DNA of 64,000 bases from Gekko japonicus (lineage: Eukaryota): assembly GCF_001447785.1 (NCBI RefSeq), contig NW_015168709.1:124001-188000 (forward strand), read 5' to 3'. A program made the translations under genes and the position numbers. Each line of letters starts with the position of its first letter. Positions within the stretch are counted from its first letter, which is position 1. Positions 1 through 11,781 of this stretch are shown here, in pieces. The notes under the pieces are model-generated. The model ran no database searches. It was not told the origin of the DNA and worked only from the letters and a program-made list of their open reading frames with translations.

Positions 1-39
1 CAGGTAGTTTATAGTCCATTATGTTTTGTTGTTCTTCTT

Positions 40-419
40 GGCCCCGTTCACACGGCAAATTTGCCACGGAAGAGCCATGATGGAATGGCGGATTTTCCGG
101 GCGCGATCACACCACAACATCTGGCAAGTGGAGCGAACCCGTGGCCAAACCGTGGCATGCCGCCGAAAATGTGTGAAAAAACCCCCCTCCTCGAAGGTAC
201 TAGTAAACGGTTTGCCACGGGCTGCCTCTGGACTCCCTCTGTATGATCGTGCTGGCGTGGCTTTTCCCTCCAGCTGTCTTCGTTGCAGCGCACACGCCAC
301 GGGCCGGAACCGTGGGTTGCTGCTGACGTGTCTAATCGCGTTGTCGCGCGTCTTATTGCGGCGCTGCAAATAGCCATGCCTCCACCCCCCCGCGTTTTCT
401 GGCCCTTGTGATCGGGGCC
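40..419. mobile_element. PIF/Harbinger-type MITE
   Basis: TIRs GGCCCCGTTCACACG / CTTGTGATCGGGGCC; 3-bp TSD CTT (37-39, 420-422); CpG-rich. Confidence 0.85.
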
Positions 420-814
420 CTTGTTTATATTTCGCATTTACTTTTCTTGTATTTCAGTTGAACTTTAAGTCATTTAGGGGCATCCTCTCCTTTTTCTGAG
501 TCCAAAACCTCAGAGGTACTACCAGAACTGCTTGAGGTGTCTTCTGATTCACATTCACTTTTTTCTTTGTCTTGGATACTGTCCTTATTTTTCCTTTCCT
601 CTTTCATCGGGCTTTGCTGTTGTTCCAAAAAGTATTTTGCTTTCTGGGCATAGTCAATCCTGATCTTCTTATCATTATAATTAAAAAGAAGTCCTTCTGG
701 GAATATCCATCTATAGGGGGTTGAGTTATTTTGTAGGAAGGAAGTTAAGTCTTTGTATTGCCATCTTCGTTTTTGCACCTCAGTTGGAATATCTTCTAAG
801 ATTCTCACTTCTTG

Positions 815-1336
815 GGCCCCGGTCACATGGGCCGGATATCGCTGGGGGGGGGAGGCGTGGCTGTTTGCCCTGGAGTGAACTACCGCGCGGCAGCCGGATC
901 AAACGTCCCGCCCGACGTCCCGCTGACATCCCATGGTTGGGGGGAGGTGCCGATCATACCTCACTCCTGCAGCCCGGCAAAGAAGTGGCGCTGCGGGGGT
1001 TGTGGGGTTTTTTAACCCAAGTGTTCGCATGCGCCATTGGGTGCTTGTGCGCACCCGTGGAGACTTGACCAAAAAAAGGTTTTGCGACGGGACATGGGCA
1101 GGTGCCGGATGCCATGAGCTAACACCGGAAATGTGATCTGACGCCCGCCCTTGCCCTGCGGTTTCCGGAAACTAGTACCTCAGAGGTACTAGTTTTTTAC
1201 AGCGCATCTTCGGAGTGAAGCCTCGGGTGAGCCACGGGAGCCCTACGCTTTCCAGATGTGGCAGTGAGATCATGCCCGGAATATCCGCCTATCTTCCGTC
1301 TCTCTAGAATGCCTACTACTCCGTGTGACCGGGGCC
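815..1336. mobile_element. PIF/Harbinger-type MITE inserted in L1 ORF1
   Basis: TIRs GGCCCCGGTCACATGG / CCGTGTGACCGGGGCC; TSD TTG (812-814, 1337-1339). Confidence 0.9.
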
Positions 1337-1429
1337 TTGGTCTTTCACTTTCAGGGTTTTCCCAGATGTTGCTTTCAAGACTGCATCTCTAGTAGATCTT
1401 TTGGAAAATTTAACAAATATTTCACCAGG

Positions 1430-1724
1430 TAGCAGTTTGAGACCCGAGTGTGCTGAATCACGGAGTGAGCTCCCATCTCTAGTTCCAGCTCCTGCCAACC
1501 TAGCAGTTCGAAAGCAAGAAATCGCAAGTAGATAAATAGGTACCACTTCAGTGGGAAGGTAACAGTGTTCCATGCGCCTTGGTGTATAGTTATGCCGGCC
1601 ACATGACCACGGAAATGTCTTTGGACAGCGCTGGCTCTTTGGCTTTAAAACGGAGATGAGCACCGCAACCCTAGAGTCGGATTCGACTGGCTTTCGAGCA
1701 AGGGAACCTTTACCTTTACCTTTA
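1430..1724 (+). mobile_element. Sauria SINE (5'-truncated)
   Basis: Near-identical to the copy at 36305-36657; (ACCTTT)n tail. Confidence 0.9.
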
Positions 1725-3134
1725 AGTTCGATAGGCCAAGTCCATATCATTTTGTAATAAATCCTGTTTAAGCTCCATCACTGGTGCTAATGCTTGACTT
1801 AATAGTTCTTTTAATTTTCCCCCTTTCTGTTCTGGGATATCCTGGAAGCGTAGGACATACATTGATCTCTCCATTTGTAGTTGCAACAATTGTCCTTTAT
1901 CAGAAATTCACTCTTTTTCCACTTCTTCCAGCTTCTGTGTAATATCTTTAGTTTTTGCCTCCACTTTCTTAAGGACTATATCAGTCTTATCCGTTCTTTT
2001 GTCAATTCCCATCAGTTGCTTTTGAACACCATCGAGTTTGTTGTTGATGTTAGACATCTGCTCCAGTAGAGGGTGCAGTGCCGTTGCAAGCATGTTGGAG
2101 AAATCAGTAGCTGTTTCCGGCATTCCCGTAGGAGGTTTCTTCTCCGNNNNNNNNNNNNNNNNNNNNNNNNNNNNNNNNNNNNNNNNNNNNNNNNNNNNNN
2201 NNNNNNNNNNNNNNNNNNNNNNNNNNNNNNNNNNNNNNNNNNNNNNNNNNNNNNNNNNNNNNNNNNNNNNNNNNNNNNNNNNNNNNNNNNNNNNNNNNNN
2301 NNNNNNNNNNNNNNNNNNNNNNNNNNNNNNNNNNNNGCATTCCTGTAGGAGGTTTCTTCTCCGGCGCCATTTTTCTTCCTCTACCGGACATTGTTTACAC
2401 AAGAAAAAAGATTTTTAGTTTAAAGTAAAAGTTTTTTGATTTACATGTGCTTTGGACTTTTGCACCTTCCAGTTTTGTTTACAGTCTCTCTCGGTCAGTA
2501 TCATTTCCCCCCCTCTCAGCTTGTTGCTTGGGAACCGTTAAGTTTCATTGGGGGGGAATCCCCAACTCCTCCCCTCCCACTATTTTGCCTCATAGATAGT
2601 TCTGTTTATTTTAACTTGGCTCAACTGCTTTGAGGAGGATTGCTTAATTCACAGTTTATCGCTTTTGAAGTGTAGTAAGAACGTGTTTACACTTGATCTC
2701 TTGCCCACTCCATCCGGCAGTCAGCTCTAGATCCCATAACGGCTTTGCAACAGCAGGACTTCTTGGGGTAAGGAGAGCCTTAATTCCTTGGCCATCGCCT
2801 TGGAAGAGGCACCCCTCCGCACCCCAGGCAGAGAGCCCCCTGCAAGGGCTCCAGGGAGGTTCGGAATGATCCTTGGCGTGTCCTCATCAGAGCTCGATGG
2901 GACACGTCCGACCTGCGAGACACTAAAACTGGAAGTTTCCCGTGTCATATGTTAATTGGTATTTTTTCTTCTTCACTGTATATACATGTAAAACATGTAT
3001 ATGAGTAAAACATGTCCTGATCAAGTAAAATTAGGTGAGTTTCTTAGAATCTTGAGGGGATTAGAGGTGGTAATGGAGAAGAAGAGGGTGATCAAAGACT
3101 GGAATGTAACCTTGTATGTAAAGACTGTGTAGTG

Positions 3135-3400
3135 GCCAGTTTGGTGTAGTGGTTAGGAGCACGGACTCTAATTTGGGAGAACTGGATTTGATTCCCCACT
3201 ACTCCACATGCAGCTGCTGGTGTGACCTTGGGTCAGTCACAAGTTCCTTCAAAGCTGTTCTCTCAAGGGCAGTTCTTGAAAGAGCTCTCTCAGCCCCACC
3301 TACCTCACAGGGTGCCTGTTGTGGGGACGGGAAGGGAAAGGAGATTGTAAGCCGCTCTGAGACTCCTTCGGGTAGTGAAAATCCAATCTCTTCTCTTCTT
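3135..3400 (+). mobile_element. tRNA-derived SINE (Squam3-like)
   Basis: A-box TGGTGTAGTGG, B-box-like GATTTGATTCCC, core ACCTACCTCACAGGGT, (CTT)-type tail; many paralogs in the window. Confidence 0.8.
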
Positions 3401-4509
3401 CTATATTGGGATGCCACTTGCCTAGTATTCATAGTGGTGGCCGCTGCACCCTTTGTGTGATGTTTGTTGGTTCCTTAAAAACATTTGGTTAGTCATTGTA
3501 GACAATGGAATGCTGAACTAGATATATGCTGAGGTCATAGTTTGCCTGGGCCCCTCCCCCCAAAACTTTGGGCCAGCCTTAGATGGGTCACCATACCAAG
3601 TAAATTTGGACGTGTAGGTTATCATACCAAAAAGGATGGAAACCGCTGTCTTACAGCACCTCATATTCAAAGCAAGGAAGGAGTCATTAGTATAGGTTCT
3701 GTTCGGGAAAGTACATGCAGCACATTTAAGAGCCACAGGAGAAGGAGCTATCATGCTTCTTCTTCTTCTTTTTTTTAAGTAACTGCTCTCTCCCATTATA
3801 TCCTGGGCCAACCAAATTCAGAAATTCTGGATGGGAAAAAGCAGAGTTAAGGTCAAGAATGTATTCGTTGAGCAATCTGTGCTGTCCAGCCAGCTCAGTG
3901 CTTCATTGGACCAGGCTATAAGTTTTTCTGATAGTCATGAACACAAAGTAGGAGTTAAAAAGTATTATTCTTGTATTTTATAAATAATTTTAATATTTTC
4001 TTTCCTATTTCTGATCATTTAAATTTTGGATAATCTGAGAACCACACTATTCTGGGAACTATCAGTCGATAGGCAGTCTTATTTACAGATTTAAAACATA
4101 TAAAACCCTTTCTGGACCTTCATTGTAGCCAAAATGTGGAGGAAGGAATAGGATCACATTCCTTGTCCCCGTGAACCACCCTGACCTCCAAGCATTCATT
4201 GCAAAGCTGGAATAGAGCCTATGCATGTAGAAACATAAGCCTGTAGTTCCTGTCTGTGCAACTGGGGACCATTTAAAATGCTAATTTGGGGCTATGGTAA
4301 AGTAAGCTGGCACAGGGAATGAAGACCCTTGTACCCAGAGATGGGAAGGGAGCTAGATCACAGTTGATCCCTTCCTCAGGATGCCACAAGGACACTGACC
4401 TAAAGTGGTCCGAGTGGGAAGTGAGTTCCTTGTGGCCCTTTCCCCTGGTGTAGGAAGGTGACACTGCATACATATTTTCTCTGTCTCCCTTCTACAGTTT
4501 ACTCAGTGC

Positions 4510-5070
4510 TAGGGTGGACTACTCTGACTAGAGAAATTCCTGGAGATTTGGGGTTTGAGCTGGCAGAGGGGGGGGTAAGATTTGGGGAAAGGAGGGACCT
4601 CAGCAAGGTATAATGCCATAGAATTGCTCTCCAAAGCAGCCATTTTCTCCAGAGGAACTAGGGTTACCAAGTGCTTTTTGAGCCGCAGCGGGGGACTTCC
4701 GGCTGGCGATTGGAGAGTTTGCGCGTGCAAAGCGTGTGCGCACCGCACGCACGTCACCCAGAAGTGACGTGACGACGCTGGGCACACTGGGGGTGGGGCC
4801 ACGACCATCCAAGGGAAAACCATAGAGTTTTCCCTCAGATGACTGTGGCCCCGCCCCCAGCGTGCCCGGCGTGGTCACGTCACTTCTGGGTGACGTGCAC
4901 GTCGGGGTGGGGTTCCCCCTGGGGCCCGATCCTCCAGCGGCGGGGAACGGGCCTCTGGGGCGGGGGTTTCCCCACCCCCCGGGGGGACTTGGCAAGCCTA
5001 AGAGGAACTGATCTCTGTAATCTAGAGATCAGTTGTGATTCTGAGAGATCTCCAGCTACGATTGCCAGTC
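4510..5070. mobile_element. Older TAGGGTTGCC-family hAT MITE hosting a nested younger copy
   Basis: Matches 11558-11781 (CAAAGCAGCCATTTTCTCCAG..CTGATCTCTG) on both sides of the nested element; ends approximate. Confidence 0.65.
4659..5000. mobile_element. hAT-type MITE (nested), internally palindromic
   Basis: TIRs TAGGGTTACCAAG / CTTGGCAAGCCTA; perfect 8-bp TSD AGAGGAAC (4651-4658, 5001-5008); hairpin 4749-4898 centred on AAAACCATAGAGTTTT. Confidence 0.9.
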
Positions 5071-7507
5071 CACTGATGGGGGCAGGGAACCATTCCCTGC
5101 TCCTTTCTCACTTCTTGTTTCTTGGGACCACTCAGAGCAGTGGGGGGGGGGAATGGCAGTTGGTCCAGTGGCATGACATGACTTCTGGGTTTACCCTACC
5201 AGTGAATCTAGGAATCTCTGGAGACTCCATGGTAAAACCATAGAGTTTTTGGAGATTCCTCAAGAGGAAAGATGCCATTTCCAGAGGAAAGCCATTTGAA
5301 ACACACATTACTAAAAAGACAACTAGAACAAGACTGCCAGGACCGATCATCAGTGGGAAGGATCCAATTAGGCATGAAGGTGATTGATTTCAGAAGAGAG
5401 GCATGACATCATTTTCAGATTTTTTCCCCAGAAGTGATGTCATGCTGTCACCAGTGGCTACCTCCCATGTCCCCACCCCAGTCTCCCTCTGGTTGCCAAC
5501 CTTGTCTCCAGGCCCCACCTGGAGGCTGCCCACCATAGTCAGTGTTCTGTTTTTCCTCATTCAGAACCTAGGCTGAACTTCCCAACTGTCTCCTACCCAT
5601 CCAGCCACCTCTCAGCTAATTGCCTCCATTGGGCCTCATTCTGAAACTTATCTTCCTCTTCCTTCAAGTGATACCTCGCTCCTACTCCTGATTCCTTGTG
5701 GAAACTGTAGTAAAAGGGGCTTTCTTGTCATCGATGCTTCATACCATAAATGTTTAGGGCTAATTCTTATATTAACAGTTCTCTCTGTTAAAGTGGTCCT
5801 ACAAGTTTGTCTGGTTGTCTACCTATGTAACAAGAGTAGGGTATTCTTCCAAGAAAGACACTGAAGATGGGGGGGGGGGCCAGGGGGCTGGATCTGCAGC
5901 ACCAATACCTTTTTTTTTGGCAGCAGTAATATTTACTCACTTTTTCATTAAAGTTTAGTAGAACCACTCAGACCCATGTCAGGATTCCATTGAAAGTGTC
6001 AGAGTGGATTTTGGTATCTATTGGGTTTACATGTGCAAAAGTCACTAGAACATTGGGCAGTCTATGACAGCATTAACTCACGGCTCTATATAATACATCA
6101 AAGGCATCCTTGCATCTGCTGGGAGGCCCCCGGTGCATTATGCAGCAATGTGGGTTGTTGGTATTATTGACTGATGCAATGTACTGGAACCGCCACATGA
6201 ACAACAAAGACTTATGAAACTTGAGGAAATACTACAGTTGCTACACCTGCCTGGTTATTATATTTAGTATGGAGTTTAGCTGCAGAAATTAATGCTGACC
6301 TGTGCTAATCTCTGCAAACTAATGCTGATACTGATTTTGGTACTACTCTCACCATTGCATTATTTTTAAAGGCATTCTTCTGTTTGAGACCATTTCCACT
6401 CTCAGAAAATTTCAAACTTGGCTAGTGCCAAGGATACAGATGGTGGGGTCAAAGCAGTCTGTGTGCAGGACTACAGCTAATTCTATTAAAACTAAATAGA
6501 GGAAACCTCAGGGTCTAACAATAACTGGCAGCAGGGCAATCAATATGTTAGAACGCAGGTTGGGCTGACAAATTCTAAAGGCAAGGCGGGGGTAATTTAA
6601 AGCGGGGTAAAAACGTTTTAGGGTGCTAAAGTCTTTCCCCACTCATGCTTGCCTCCCCAGACGACATTCCCCGACTGTTCTTCTCCATGTGGGACTTACC
6701 AGTGAGAGAAAAGGGGGAAGCGTAGGTAAGGGAAGGATCCTGCACCCCCATGACAATGGCCTCTTCCACACCTGAAACTACACCCCCCAGCAGAGACCCA
6801 CTGTATCTGTTTTTGACAGTGACCCACCTTCTGAAATGCCTTGTGAAATCTATTGCCTTCATGCCTAATTGGATCCTTCCACTGATTATCAGTCCTGTCA
6901 GTCTTGTTCTAGTTGTCTTTTTAGTATTGTGTGTTTCGAATGGCTTACAATAACTTCTGCCTCTTCGTTAACTGATATTTTGATATCTAAATTTTCAGTT
7001 CTGCAAGCAGGCAGAAATAAGTTATACTGCTATTTAGAGAACATTGTTTTGGAAATATTTAAGTTGTTTCCACAGAAACCCCCATTCAAAAGAGGGCATG
7101 ATAGGGATCTGAACACCCAAAATGGGATTCTCCAGTTATTTCTGTCACATTATCGGTACTTTTGTGAGCCACTATTGACTTTGTGCTGGCGTTTTAAGAA
7201 AGAAAACAGTGCTAATTAAAATGCTGTAAGAGAATAAAGTATTCCACAGGATTAGTCTGTAATGGGCAATCAGGACACAAATGCACCACAGGAGTACAAC
7301 TTGTGGCAGTGTATTACATTCAGATCTCAGTATATAGAAAGACGATATCTAAACATTATCCTAGGGATGTAAATCTGTATTAATTCTGCCTGAATTTGTT
7401 TCCACTGGAGTGTGTGGAATACTGTAAGGCTTCTGTTGGATTAAGAATTGTTGAAAAACAAAAAGATGCTACCTGGGTGTGTCCAGTAGGGTAAAAAGCA
7501 GAACCCA

Positions 7508-8039
7508 GGCTGCGGTCACACGTAACAGAAGCCACACAAGTGAGACGGAAAACAGCCGGAGTTTCCGGGCGCGATCTCACCAGCACATCTGGGAAGCGTA
7601 GCACTCCCGTGGCTCAACCGAGGCTTCCAGCCGAAACTGCGTGGCAAAAAACTAGTACCTTGGAGGTACTAGTTTCCGGAAACTGCGGGGCAAGGGCGGG
7701 CGTCTGATCGCGTTTCCGGTGGCATCCGGCGCCCGCCCATGTCCCCTTGCAAATAAGGTGTTTTTGTTTTGTTCAAGTCTCTGTGGATGCGCATGCGCAC
7801 CCAACGGAGCATGCGCATTTGTCATGTACACAAAAATAAAAAACAGTTTGCCGCAGCGCGCGCTTCTTCGTTGTGCGCCGGCTTCTCCTGTGATCAGCAC
7901 CTCTCCCTTGCCATGGAACCTCCACGGTACCTCCACAGGACCTCCACAGGAGGTCTGATCGCGTAACTGCGCAGTAGTTTGCCCCAGGGCAAACAGCCAC
8001 GCTTCTCCTCTGCAGTTTCCTGCCCGTGTGACCGGGGCC
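7508..8039. mobile_element. PIF/Harbinger-type MITE
   Basis: TIRs GGCTGCGGTCACACG / CGTGTGACCGGGGCC; TSD CCA (7505-7507, 8040-8042); reverse-complement paralog of 815-1336. Confidence 0.9.
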
Positions 8040-8156
8040 CCAGTTCTGTTCATAGATACCCTGGAAACAAGGACCAGTGGTGTAAACACTATTCATGTGT
8101 GCCTCCCTTGCAACCCTGATGTTGGGACCCTTTAAATCTGTGTATAAACAGACATG

Positions 8157-8709
8157 GGCCCTGGTCACACGGGCCGGAAAATGCGGGGGGGGGGAGTGTG
8201 GCTGTTTGCCCCGGAACAAAGTAACGCGCGGCAGCCCGATCAGACATCCTGTCGAGGTCCCGTGGTTAGGCGTTAGGGTGTCGATCAGATGGCTAGTCTG
8301 CAGCGCGGCAAAGAAGCAGCACGGTGCATTCACACCGGCAATCGCGCTGCACTGCTTCTGTGGCAAACGGGATTTTTTGTTTGTCTCACCGAAGTTTGCG
8401 CATGTGCATGATCGTTTGTGCGCATCCTGTGGGAACTTAAAAAAAAATCTAGTTTGCAAGGGGACATGGGCAGGCGCCGGATGCCACGGGATTCCAGTGG
8501 AAACACAATCAGACGCCCGCCCTTGCCCCGCGTTTTCCGGAAACCAGTACATCATAAGTACTAGTTTTTTTACTCCGCATCTTCGGCGGGAAGCCACGGG
8601 TTAGCCACGGGAGCACTATGCTTCCCAGATGTTGCGGTGTGATCGCGCCCGGAAAATCCACCTATCATCCGTATCTTTAGCGTGGCAAATGCTCCGTATG
8701 AACGGGGCC
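8157..8709. mobile_element. PIF/Harbinger-type MITE
   Basis: TIRs GGCCCTGGTCACACGG / CCGTATGAACGGGGCC; TSD ATG (8154-8156, 8710-8712). Confidence 0.9.
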
Positions 8710-9482
8710 ATGACTGGTATTTACAAAAAGAAGAGATTTTTTTTCAGGTATAAGACTGACTTTATAGACTACAAGAAATAGAAAAGGTAAGAAAAGCGAA
8801 GCAAGTTCAGTACCCATATGAACCCCGCCTGCAGCTACATTCCTAGATTCCACACATGAACATTCCCAGAGAAACACGGACTGTAATGGCAAGGAGGGGT
8901 CTGAGGAGGAATAGCAGTTGGAGAGACTAGAAGGGGAAGTGTCTGGAGTGGCAGAACTGCTACATGGTTGTGGGGGGGAGATAGACAACTAGCAATAAAC
9001 ATATAACTTCCTGCTCCCCTCCCTGATGTTAAAATGCAAGTGACCTCTGTGAGTGGGAACATGAATGAGTCACCTAGAATACTCCCCACAATATTCCTTG
9101 GGCCTCAGAAATCTGCTGTTTGTATCACAGTAAGAGTGTGGTTCAGTGGTAATCCACATACTTTATATGCAGAATATTCTAGCTTCAGCCTTTGCACCTC
9201 CAGTTATGGCATATTTGGTTGCAGGTGTTAGGGAAAAACTTCCTGAGGCCACTACCAGTCAGAATATTGCACTAGATGGACCAGTCTTTAAAAGGACCTT
9301 GAAGAGCTGGAAAATATGCAGGCAAGGGCAACCAAAATAATCACAAAATTAGACTGCTATGATGAACCCCCTGTTACTTTCCCCACCCTGAAGCAGATTT
9401 TTTCCACCAGAATTCTTAGTTCCCTTCAGGTACTGAGCTGGCCCCCAGTAGTGTGATAATATTTGTGGCTTTATAAATCTAA

Positions 9483-9827
9483 GGCCCCGGTCACACGGAA
9501 GATTTTGGCCCGGGAGAGGGACGGATCGGGGGCACAGCAAACGGGGGCGATCTCACCGCAACATCTAGGAAGCGGCGCGCACCTGTCCCCGATCCGTCCC
9601 TAAACCTGGAAAAGCCGCTGCAAAAAAGAACCGCCTACAGAGGAGGACTTACCTGAAGCACCACAGCAAGTGTGGCCGTGGGATCGCCGCCGCACCCGTC
9701 GTCCGGAGCAATCCAGGCTCCCGGCCGAACTGCGCACGCACACACATGCGCCGTTCAGCAGCCTCGCTCTCCTTCAGTAGCTCCCCCCCTGGCAATTGAT
9801 CGTGCCGGGGAGGAACTGCGTGGCGGC
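9483..9827. mobile_element. Truncated Harbinger-type MITE
   Basis: One TIR GGCCCCGGTCACACGG after TAA; reverse-complement homolog of 52957-53399 that lacks the last ~100 bp. Confidence 0.8.
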
Positions 9828-10501
9828 CAAAAGGAATTGGATTATATTTTCAGGGAAGACATATAAGTCCTGTCCAGTTATACAGGGGATTGGCACTGAG
9901 GCAGTCCCTGATCTGTTGTGAAGGGAAATGGTTATAGACTGCTCAGGGGAAAGAAGACACATTGCAATTTCAGAATGGGGGAAGAATTTGATACACAAAA
10001 AAGTAACCTTTCCAGAAAACCTGAACAGTTTTATTATGAAACGATATGCAGAAACATTGTTACTGAAACTTAAAATACTCAGTCAACCATCTCACTGATA
10101 AGAACCAAGAATTTGTAAAAAAATTAAGCTGCTACAACACCATCTTGTCTGTCAACTGAAAAAATACTGTTTTGCCAACAACATTTACTTCAGCCTTTTC
10201 AATTCCTGACTACCCAATACCATCCCTGCCTATTAAATATTCATTATTGTTACACAGTCTCCAGTGCCATTTCAAGGGATCTAAGAAGAGGGCTCCTGTT
10301 TTCTCCTGACAAGTTCCTGGGCTGGGCAAAAGCCAAATTAGATACTGTCGCTGGGTGGGACATTTAGGCCCCCTGCCACACGGGGGGGGGGAAGTACGGC
10401 CAAAGTGCGGCTTTTTAAAGCTGCACCAAAAGAAACATATGGCAGCGGGATCACCTTTGCTTCCCACTGTCCTCAAAAGCCCGTTGCTTAGGTCACTATA
10501 A

Positions 10502-10642
10502 GGCTGTGATCACACACACTAAATAATCCACTTTCAATGCACTTTCAATGCACTTTCCAACTGGATTTTTACTGTGTGAACTGGCAAAATCCAGTTGGAA
10601 AGTGGATTGAAAGTAGATTATTTAGTGTGTGTGATCACAGCC
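10502..10642. mobile_element. Short palindromic Harbinger-type MITE
   Basis: GGCTGTGATCACACAC / GTGTGTGATCACAGCC, whole element a hairpin; paralog at 60225-60346; TSD imperfect. Confidence 0.85.
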
Positions 10643-11270
10643 TTGGTCAGTTGCAACTTGATGACACATACATATATACTGTATGTGAAATCAGCTCGGA
10701 TTAATATTTAGTATGGAACATTATGTGCTGACCAGAGTTCCAGTGTTCATATTGATGGTTTCTGGTAGTAAAATTTAAGGGATGGAGGACAAGATTATCA
10801 GAGAGGATTAAAATATTAGCTAATAAGAAAAGGCAAACATTTTGGGGAAATATGGTTCTTTGTTAACCAAACAAATTGGACTTACTGGGTTGGACAAGCA
10901 ATCTCGTTCCTGATCCAAAGGTCACCTTGTCGTTATAGTTCACACACAATGTTTTTTGCTTCTACGTAAACTTATGCAATGCTACATCTGCCAGGTTTCA
11001 AGGGAGGAAATGTCCCGGGATTCTTAACTGACAACAAGCACCAATCTGGTAAACATTAGACAAAAAAAATAACTAGCAATCATTTGGCAAAGCAGTTCAG
11101 TTCCAGGAGAAACCCACTTTTGTGATGTCCACAATTCAAATGATTTTTTGGAGGACTGAGGAATACGAACTTCCTTCTCCATAAATGTAAGATTCTGGCT
11201 GATTTTGCACCAGAGCTGCCTCGATGTTGCGCCACCATTTGCCCTGATACTATTGGTCAATTTCACACCT

Positions 11271-11405
11271 GAAGCTGCAGGGCTGCATTTGACCCGCGGC
11301 TTTGCCCGATTTCCCCCGCAGTTTCGTGATCCTCAAAAAACAGGATCACGAAACTGTAGGGGAAATCGAATGAAGTCGCGAGTCAAAATGCAGCCCCGCA
11401 GCTTC
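11271..11405. repeat. Long imperfect inverted repeat (MITE core)
   Basis: GAAGCTGCAGGGCTGCATTTGAC..GTTTCGTGATCCT caaaaaac AGGATCACGAAAC..GTCAAAATGCAGCCCCGCAGCTTC. Confidence 0.8.
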
Positions 11406-11557
11406 GGCCTGATTGGGAGCTTCAGCCTGCTACCCAGTCACTCTTTGCCAAAATTTCAAATCCCAGTTCTTGGTGTCTGTGTGAAAATGTACTTCAGCAT
11501 AAGCTGACACTAGACTCTGAATTCTTAGATGGAATTCTTTCTCAAGTTATGTTTAAC

Positions 11558-11781
11558 TAGGGTTGCCAAGTCTGGGTTGGAAAATACCTGGAGACTTTGG
11601 GGGTGGAGCCAGGAGAGGGTGTGGTTTGGGGAGGGGAGGGGAGGGGCCTCCGCATAGTACAATGCCATGGAGTCCACCCTTCAAAGCAGCCATTTTCTCC
11701 AGGGGAGCTGATCTCTGTCAGCTGGGTATCAATGGTAAAAGCGGGAGATCCCCAGGCCCCACCTGGAGGCTGGCAACCCTG
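11558..11781. mobile_element. hAT-type MITE
   Basis: TIRs TAGGGTTGCCA / TGGCAACCCTG; 8-bp TSD TGTTTAAC (11550-11557, 11782-11789). Confidence 0.9.

Larger units (their letters stand above)
470..2370 (-). pseudogene. Disrupted L1 ORF1p (RNA-binding/coiled-coil protein)
   Basis: Removing MITE 815-1336 and one TSD copy restores KDQ-EVRIL in frame. There is a stop at 1908, a SINE insertion at ~1430-1724 and an N gap at 2147-2336. Confidence 0.8.
1..2940 (-). mobile_element. L1-clade LINE, 5' portion (5'UTR, disrupted ORF1, start of ORF2 running off the window), interrupted by two Harbinger MITEs and a Sauria SINE
   Basis: Minus-strand ORF1 pieces: MAPEKKPP (ATG 2370), coiled-coil, LRFQDIPE, LPGEIFVKFSKRSTRDAVLK..KVKDQ|EVRILEDIPTEVQKRRWQYKDLT..YRWIFPEGLLF, stop at 470. 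Candidate ORF2 start MDYKL at 19. The 5' end near 2940 is approximate. Confidence 0.85.

Noticed and set aside
507-521. 15-bp identity between L1 ORF1 and MITE hairpin 1177-1191
   Set aside because: The MITE word is a variant of a family-wide hairpin; chance match is likely.
2850-2896. Hammerhead-like CTGATGA..GAA in the L1 5'UTR (minus)
   Set aside because: GAAC instead of GAAA, with no convincing stem III or cleavage triplet.
3135-3200. tRNA genes
   Set aside because: A/B boxes belong to SINE heads; no cloverleaf.
7773-8604. Long ORFs (274 aa and 169 aa) and other GC-rich ORFs at 19-437 and 52984-53428
   Set aside because: They run through palindromic MITEs; high GC suppresses stop codons and there is no protein motif.
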